Notes under the pieces: generated by a model
The model's input: only the letters and a program-made list of their open reading frames with translations
Databases searched by the model: none
Told to the model about the DNA's origin: nothing
DNA from: Segniliparus sp.
Lineage (GTDB): Bacteria > Actinomycetota > Actinomycetes > Mycobacteriales > Mycobacteriaceae
Reading direction: 5' to 3'
DNA: 32,000 bases
Assembly (NCBI RefSeq): GCF_051660745.1
Contig: NZ_JBOFQF010000038.1
Coordinates: 75,039-107,038, forward strand
Shown: positions 26,761 to 32,000 of the stretch, piece by piece
Numbering within the stretch: the stretch's first letter is position 1
How the letters are laid out: each line of letters opens with the position of its first letter
Made by a program: the position numbers and the translations under genes

Positions 26761-27147
26761 TTAGTCGATGTCGGCGGTGAGGACAGCTATCCGCTTGAGC
26801 GACTCCCTCGCGAGGAAGGGCAGGCCGATTCCGGGGTCGCCGGGCGGGACGATCTTGATGTTGCTGATCCGGTGGGCCTTGCCGAGGATGCGGACCTCGG
26901 CCTCGCCTGCGGCGATGATGTTGCGGACCCAGTCGGTGTAGGTGCCGTGGCCGAGCGTCACGACGAAACGGCCCTTGGTCTGCAGCGGGTTGACCGGGGT
27001 GCGGAAGGTCTTGCCGGACTTGCGGCCCTTGTGCGTGATCTGCGCGAAACCGGGCAGGTAGGGGGCGGCTTTGACCGTGAGCGGGTTCATGAACTTCACC
27101 TGCAGGCGGTCGAACCATTTGGGGAAGATGTAAGCGCCTTCGGCCAC
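26761..27147 (-). CDS. Nitroreductase-family deazaflavin (F420)-dependent oxidoreductase (second DDN-family paralogue)
   Basis: ITHKGRKSGKTFRTPVNPLQTKGRFVVTLGHGTYTDWVRNIIAAGEAEV. GTG start preceded by GAGGAGG. Confidence 0.8.
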   Translation of the reverse strand: MAEGAYIFPKWFDRLQVKFMNPLTVKAAPYLPGFAQITHKGRKSGKTFRTPVNPLQTKGRFVVTLGHGTYTDWVRNIIAAGEAEVRILGKAHRISNIKIVPPGDPGIGLPFLARESLKRIAVLTADID

Positions 27148-27370
27148 GGGGCCTCCTCGTTTTCGGCGTGGAACATGCTGTCTGTCACAGTATGCCCGAC
27201 ATCGGGCGGGACGGGCGGCCCGGTCTGCTGTTCCGCCGGACCCCTGCCCGTCCCCGGCCCGCGCCGCCCGTTCGGTGCCTTCTGTCCTGGACCCGCATGA
27301 CTTTCGACCCTTGGAACCCGCGCTCGGCGCTGCTGAGCTGGAAGCAAGGCCGAGTGAAAGGAGAAACGTC

Positions 27371-28357
27371 TTGGCTGTGTATTTGAACCAGGCGGCGTTG
27401 TTGTTCGAGTTGGAGGAGGTCGCGGAGCGGGAGGTGAACCGCCATCTGGCGATGTCGAAGGACTGGCATCCGCACGACTACGTGCCATGGGAGGACGGGC
27501 GCAACTTCGCGGCGATGGGCGGCGTGGATTGGGACCCGGCGCAGTCCAAGCTCTCCGACGTGGCGAAGGCCGCGCTCGTCACGAACCTCTTGACCGAGGA
27601 CAACCTGCCCTCCTACCACAACCGCATCGCGGGCGACTTGTCCCCGGAGGGGGCGTGGGGCACCTGGGTCGGGCGGTGGACGGCGGAGGAGGCGCGGCAC
27701 TCCACGGTGATGCGCGACTACCTGGTCGTCACGCGGGGCGTTGACCCGGTGGCCTTGGAGTGCGACCGGATGACCCATATGACGCACGGGTTCCAGCCGC
27801 TCGTTCGGTTCTCGCCCGACACGGGTGCGGGGTTTTTGCACACCATCGCGTACGTCTCGTTCCAGGAGCTCGCGACCCGGATCAGCCACCGCAACACCGG
27901 CGCGATATGCGGGGACCCGGTCGCCGAGGCGATCATGCAGCGCCTCGCCCTCGACGAGAACCTGCACATGATCTTCTACCGCAACATCTGCGGGGCGGCC
28001 CTCGACATCGACCCGGACCAGACGATGGAGGCGATCGCGAACGTGGTGACCAATTTCCAGATGCCGGGCGTCGGCATGCCGAACTTCCGGCGCAATGGCG
28101 TGCTCATGGCGAAGTACGGGATCTACGACTTGCGCCAGCACTACGAGGACGTGCTCATGCCGGTCGTGCGCAAATGGCATGTCTTCGACCGCGACGACCT
28201 CTCCGCGCGGGGCGAGATAGCCCGCGACCGACTGGCCGCGTACTTGGAGGACCTGGAATTGGTCCAGATCCCGAGGTTCGAGGAGCACCGGGACCGCTCG
28301 CTGGCCAGGGACCGGGCGCGCGGGATCGACCGGGCTCAGGCGGTGAGCACGGTCTGA
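27371..28357 (+). CDS. desA: Soluble di-iron acyl-ACP desaturase (mycobacterial DesA1/DesA2-like)
   Basis: LFELEEVAEREVNRHLAMSKDWHPHDYVPW...DWDPAQSKLSDVAK...LLTEDNLPSYH...WTAEEARH...YVSFQELATRISHRN...LALDENLHMIFY contains the two EExxH/DExxH di-iron motifs. TTG 27371 follows aaaggagaaacgtc; GTG 27377 is an alternative. Confidence 0.88.
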   Translation: MAVYLNQAALLFELEEVAEREVNRHLAMSKDWHPHDYVPWEDGRNFAAMGGVDWDPAQSKLSDVAKAALVTNLLTEDNLPSYHNRIAGDLSPEGAWGTWVGRWTAEEARHSTVMRDYLVVTRGVDPVALECDRMTHMTHGFQPLVRFSPDTGAGFLHTIAYVSFQELATRISHRNTGAICGDPVAEAIMQRLALDENLHMIFYRNICGAALDIDPDQTMEAIANVVTNFQMPGVGMPNFRRNGVLMAKYGIYDLRQHYEDVLMPVVRKWHVFDRDDLSARGEIARDRLAAYLEDLELVQIPRFEEHRDRSLARDRARGIDRAQAVSTV

Positions 28358-28487
28358 GCCGGGCCGCCCGCCCGGCGCGCGGCCTCGACGACCACGCCGC
28401 CGGCGGCGGGCACGGGGCTCGGCGCGGCTTCGAGGCGCAGATCGCCATGCCCGTGCAGCCGCCAGGCCCGATGCTGGTCAGGGGTGG

Positions 28488-28539
28488 TTTGGGACATTCT
28501 GCTCCAATCGGCGGGGGCGCTTTGGGACACTCTGCTCCA
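28488..28539. repeat. Tandem 19-bp direct repeat TTTGGGACA[T/C]TCTGCTCCA (33-bp period)
   Basis: Copies at 28488-28506 and 28521-28539 match at 18/19 positions. On the minus strand each copy reads TGGAGCAGA-[A/G]TG-TCCCAAA, that is SD + start codon + Ser-Gln. Confidence 0.7.
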
Positions 28540-28545
28540 GGATTG

Positions 28546-28560
28546 GAGACTAATAGTCTC
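28546..28560. promoter_or_regulatory. Perfect palindrome GAGACTA-a-TAGTCTC, candidate TetR operator
   Basis: 15-bp dyad located 26 bp upstream of the tetR ATG at 28586, in the only AT-rich patch of the intergenic region. Confidence 0.45.
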
Positions 28561-28585
28561 GATATGGTCCGACTATACTCCTGGC

Positions 28586-29149
28586 ATGCCGTCCTCCGAC
28601 TCCGACTCGGCCGTGCTGTCGCCGCGCGCCCGGCGGGGAAGGCCGCGCAGCGAGACCGCCAAGGCCGCGATCCTCGCCGCCGCCTACGACCTCGTGGTCG
28701 ACCACGGCATGGCGCAGGTGACCGTGGACGACATCGCCGCGCGCGCCTCGGTGGGCAAGCAGACGATCTACCGCTGGTGGCCGAGCAAGGCGGAATTGGT
28801 CCTCGACGCGCTGGAGGAGCGGGCCAAGACGGAGATCGACACGTTGGAGACGGCCTCGGTCGCGGCCTTCCTGGCCCGCGTGTTCGTCGGCGCCTGCGGC
28901 GTGCGCCTCGCGCTCAAATCGCTCATCGCGGCGGCCCAGTCGGACGAGGCGCTCGGGGAGGCCGTCAAGGCCCGGCTCATCGAGCCGCGCCGCGCGGCGC
29001 TGCGCCGCTGTTTGGAGCGCGCGGGCGTGCCGAAGGTGCGCAGGGAGGCGCTGGTCCTCGCGATCTACGGGGCGATGTGGTACCGGCTGCTCCTCGACGA
29101 GCCGCTGGACGACGCGCTCGTCGCCGAGCTCGCCAGGCTCACCGTGTAG
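28586..29149 (+). CDS. TetR/AcrR family transcriptional regulator
   Basis: RGRPRSETAKAAILAAAYDLVVDHGMAQVTVDDIAARASVGKQTIYRWWPSKAELVLDAL is the canonical TetR HTH. Confidence 0.9.
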   Translation: MPSSDSDSAVLSPRARRGRPRSETAKAAILAAAYDLVVDHGMAQVTVDDIAARASVGKQTIYRWWPSKAELVLDALEERAKTEIDTLETASVAAFLARVFVGACGVRLALKSLIAAAQSDEALGEAVKARLIEPRRAALRRCLERAGVPKVRREALVLAIYGAMWYRLLLDEPLDDALVAELARLTV

Positions 29150-29170
29150 GAGCCCCGCCGGGCGGGGCGG

Positions 29171-30031
29171 CTACGGCTTCGTCGCGTGCAGCAGGCCCAT
29201 CGCGCAATACCCCTGCTCCAGGGTCGTGATCATGTTCAGGCCGATCTCGACGTTCTGGTGCACCGCGTCCGGGCGCAGCCCGATTTTGTGGCCGATGAGG
29301 TCGGGGACGCGGAACCAGGAGGCGATGCGGCGCAGCCGTCGCGCCGAGGGCAGCGACTCCTTGGTCACGTCGCGGTAGACCACGTCCGTGAGGCCGCATT
29401 CCCGCGCGGCGGACTCCAGCTCCTCGGGGGTGCAGAAATCGTCGACGGCCATGCAGTTCGCGGCGTAGCGGACGAACTGCTCCACATCTGCGGAGAAGTC
29501 CCGGCCCGTGCGGAACCCGTCCGCGACCGCGATTTTCCCCCCGGGGCGCAGCACGCGCGCGGCCTCGCGGCAGAAGTCCCGCTTGTCCAGCGCGTAGCAG
29601 GCGCTCTCCTGCGCCCAGACCACGTCGAAGGACTCGGCTTCGAGGCCGGTGTCGCAGTAGTCGGCGACCTCGAAGCGGACGAGGTGGGAGAGCCCGCGCC
29701 TGCGGGCGGCGCGGGTCGCGGAGCGGGCCTGGCCGGGGACGAGGGTCACCCCGAGCACCTCCACGCCGAACGTCTCGGCGAGCCAGAGCGAGGACCCGCC
29801 GATCCCGCAGCCCGCGTCCAGCACCCGCCGGCCCGGCCGCAGGTCGAGCGGGACCGCGAGCTCGCGGTCCATGTTCACCAGTGACTCGTCGTGCGACTTG
29901 GTGTCGGCGTCCCAGTAGCCCATGTGCAGCGCGCGGCTGCGCCCGCCCGACCAGATCAGCCGGTAGTCGAACCCGTTGAGATTGAAGTATTTGACGATCG
30001 CCGCGTTGTAGACAGCTTTGTCGATAACCAT
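29171..30031 (-). CDS. Class I SAM-dependent methyltransferase (HxGYWD-type, small-molecule C/N-methyltransferase-like)
   Basis: ALHMGYWD..., VLDAGCGIGGSSLWLA (motif I), VLGVTLVPGQ, FDVVWAQESACY, LRPGGKIAVAD. Confidence 0.8.
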   Translation of the reverse strand: MVIDKAVYNAAIVKYFNLNGFDYRLIWSGGRSRALHMGYWDADTKSHDESLVNMDRELAVPLDLRPGRRVLDAGCGIGGSSLWLAETFGVEVLGVTLVPGQARSATRAARRRGLSHLVRFEVADYCDTGLEAESFDVVWAQESACYALDKRDFCREAARVLRPGGKIAVADGFRTGRDFSADVEQFVRYAANCMAVDDFCTPEELESAARECGLTDVVYRDVTKESLPSARRLRRIASWFRVPDLIGHKIGLRPDAVHQNVEIGLNMITTLEQGYCAMGLLHATKP

Positions 30032-30167
30032 GTGTCCTAGATTACTACGAGCGCGCTATTGTGCGCGAGCGGACCAAGGCCGTGGGGCCGCGTCGCGGAG
30101 CCCCCGGCTAATCTCTATACTAGAACGTATAAAATTTCGTGCGGCTCTCGCGGAAGGACGAAGCGCG

Positions 30168-30629
30168 GTGTTGGTCCGAAGAATTGTGTGCACGGTCCCG
30201 GAGGGGCGGTTGTCGGACGGAGTCCGCCGCGAGCTGGAGGCCGTTGTGCGCAGGCGCTCGCGGGAGTTCTTCGGGGCGGACGGATGGACGGCCGTCCTGT
30301 GGCGGACGGTCCCTTCGGGCCAGATGTTCGCGGACGGGCGCCCGGCGGCGGGCTCGGTCGTCGTGGTCGAGGCGGACGACGGGTTCGACCAGGCCCGGCG
30401 CGAGGAGGCGCTGCGCGCGATCAGCGGCGACTGGGCCGCCGTCACCGGCACAGGGGAGCGCCACCTCCTCCTCGCCATCGTGGACTCGTCGGCGCTCGCC
30501 CGGCAGCAGGCGCGGGAGCGAGGCCGTTTCCGAGGGCCGTGGGGCGCGTGGTTCTTCGCGAGGATCGCCGCCTCCCTCGCGGCCTCGGCCCTGCGGCGCC
30601 TGCCGCTCGCCATTCCGGCGAACTACTGA
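30168..30629 (+). CDS. Hypothetical protein, possibly a degenerate tandem tautomerase-like fold with a C-terminal hydrophobic helix
   Basis: GTG start after ggaaggacgaagcgcg. IVCTVPEGRLSDGVRRELEAVVRRR and VVVVEADDGFDQARREEALRAI look like two beta-alpha-beta units, but no Pro-1 is present. Weak call. Confidence 0.4.
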   Translation: MLVRRIVCTVPEGRLSDGVRRELEAVVRRRSREFFGADGWTAVLWRTVPSGQMFADGRPAAGSVVVVEADDGFDQARREEALRAISGDWAAVTGTGERHLLLAIVDSSALARQQARERGRFRGPWGAWFFARIAASLAASALRRLPLAIPANY

Positions 30630-30677
30630 CCTGGGAACAGCAGGCCCGAGAAGACGACAGACGAGGAAAGGAACCGC

Positions 30678-31079
30678 ATGCCGCTCTACGCAGTCGCGAC
30701 GCGAAGCCCGTTGGCCCCCGCAGTCGCCGAGAGGGTCGCGGGGGCCGTCACGACGGCCCACGCGGAGCTGACCGGGGGCCCGCGCGTCCTGGTGAACGTG
30801 CTCTTCCAGCACGGCTACCGCCTCCGGGCCGGGGAGCGCATCGACGTCTCGGGGACCATCCGGGGCGGCGCGCGGCGCACGGACGAGCTGACGCGGCGGC
30901 TGGAGGAGCGCCTGCGCGCCGACATCGCGGAGGCCGCGGGCGTGCCGAGGGGCGAGGTCGTGGTGTCCCTCGCCAAAGTCCCCGCGAAATGGGCGATCGA
31001 GGCAGGCCTCGTCCTGCCGGAGCCGGGCACGCCCGAAGAAGAGGAGTGGAAGGCCGCCGTCGCCGCGCTCGCGGACTGA
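30678..31079 (+). CDS. Tautomerase-superfamily protein (Pro-1; cis-CaaD/4-OT-like, ~130 aa type)
   Basis: Starts MPLYAV (Pro at position 2, which becomes catalytic Pro-1 after Met removal). Two beta-alpha-beta halves: ...AERVAGAVTTAHAELTG... and ...RRLEERLRADIAEAAGVPRGEVVVSL. Confidence 0.65.
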   Translation: MPLYAVATRSPLAPAVAERVAGAVTTAHAELTGGPRVLVNVLFQHGYRLRAGERIDVSGTIRGGARRTDELTRRLEERLRADIAEAAGVPRGEVVVSLAKVPAKWAIEAGLVLPEPGTPEEEEWKAAVAALAD

Positions 31080-31091
31080 GCGGGCCCGCGC

Positions 31092-32000
31092 TCACTTCCT
31101 CGCGTTGGCCTCGGAGATGTGCTCGCCGACCTTCTTGAGCAGCGGCGGCATGTCCATCTTGGCCACCACGGCCTCGATGAGCACGAGCCGGTCCTGCGCC
31201 GCCCCGGCCTTCTCGATGGCGGCGCGCAGGCCGCCGACGGTGTCGACCCGGAGGGCCAGCGGGTCGGTCGTGGGCTCGAAGGCGCTGAGCAGTTTCGCGT
31301 AGTCCCAGTGGTCGATGTCGTTGTAGTGCTGCTCGGCGCCGTGGATCGCGCGCTCGACGGTGTACCCGTCGTTGTCCACCACCACGACGACCGGGTTGAG
31401 GCCGTGGCGGAGGACGACCGACAGCTCCTGCGCGGTGAGCTGCGCGGAGCCGTCGCCGATGAGCAGCACGACCCGCCGGTCCGGGCAGGCGAGCCCCGCG
31501 CCGAGCGCGGCGGGCAGGGTGTAGCCGATGGAGGCCCACAGCGGCTGGCCGATGAACGTGACCCCGGCGGGCAGCGGATGGGTGGCGAGGCCGAAGAACG
31601 AGGTGCCCGCCTCGGCGATGACGATGTTGCCGGGGGTGACCGCGTGGGCCAGAAGGTCCCACATCGAGGCCTGGGCCAGCGGCTCCGCGTCGGCAGGCTC
31701 GGGGGGCTTGGCGGCGGGCCGGGCCTGCGGGGCGGGCGGGCGCTCCCGGTCCGCGATGAGCTCGGCGAGCGCGCCGAGCGCGTCGCGCATCTCCAGCGGG
31801 GCGAACAGCTCGCCCGCGACGGTCGACTCGTGCGGGGCGATGTCCACCGTCTTGGCGGGGTCGACGCGGTGCGTGAAGAAACCGCTGATCAGATCGGTGA
31901 ACTGGACCCCGGCGAGGATGAGCGCCTCGGCCTCCTCCACGCCCTCGCGCACGCGCGGCTCGCTGTTGGCCCCGATATAGATGCCGAGGAAGTTCGGGTC
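31092..32000 (-). CDS. TPP-dependent alpha-keto-acid (indolepyruvate/pyruvate) decarboxylase, C-terminal part (N-terminus beyond the window)
   Basis: FIGQPLWASIGYTLPAALGA...LLIGDGSAQLTAQELSVVLRHGLNPVVVVVDNDGYTVERAIHG carries the GDG...N(D)GYT TPP-binding motif of the PDC/IPDC family. The frame stays open to position 32000. Confidence 0.85.
   Translation of the reverse strand, partial: DPNFLGIYIGANSEPRVREGVEEAEALILAGVQFTDLISGFFTHRVDPAKTVDIAPHESTVAGELFAPLEMRDALGALAELIADRERPPAPQARPAAKPPEPADAEPLAQASMWDLLAHAVTPGNIVIAEAGTSFFGLATHPLPAGVTFIGQPLWASIGYTLPAALGAGLACPDRRVVLLIGDGSAQLTAQELSVVLRHGLNPVVVVVDNDGYTVERAIHGAEQHYNDIDHWDYAKLLSAFEPTTDPLALRVDTVGGLRAAIEKAGAAQDRLVLIEAVVAKMDMPPLLKKVGEHISEANARK

Noticed and set aside
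28488-28539. Possible CRISPR or mini-array formed by the 19-bp repeats.
   Set aside because: There are only two copies separated by 14 bp, no cas genes and no further repeats, so this is not a CRISPR array.

Overview
A high-GC (about 70%) actinobacterial chromosomal segment; the gene content (F420-type DDN/PPOX enzymes, DesA-like desaturase, MmyB-, TetR- and MarR-type regulators) fits a Pseudonocardiales/Corynebacteriales-like organism, but I cannot confirm the taxon. Most of the window is ordinary core or metabolic DNA: partial threonine aldolase, MarR, purC, a CDF metal exporter, an FAD oxidoreductase, a VOC protein, leuS, an ABC-F ATPase, a Phd/YefM-VapC toxin-antitoxin pair, RadC, a PLP dehydratase, a DesA-like desaturase, methyltransferases, tautomerases and a partial 2-keto-acid decarboxylase. 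I found no rRNA, tRNA, CRISPR array, transposase or integrase. Two regions stand out. (1) A GC-poor islet of about 3.1 kb (about 10.92-14.08 kb) is bracketed by an imperfect direct repeat that duplicates the 3' end of a DDN-family gene. It carries only two translationally coupled genes: an EcoRI-like N6-adenine DNA methyltransferase and a DUF262 (ParB/GmrSD-N-like) protein with a C-terminal HNH nuclease. This is my best candidate for an undescribed restriction-modification-like defence module. (2) A tightly packed four-gene minus-strand operon (19.57-25.0 kb) encodes a luciferase-like monooxygenase, an FMN reductase, a Rieske::glutamate-synthase-like FMN protein and a Rieske::TPP enzyme, with a divergent MmyB-like regulator. 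Its pathway is unknown to me. All product calls come from reading motifs in the translated ORFs by eye. No database search was run. Pfam and TIGRFAM identifiers are quoted from memory.
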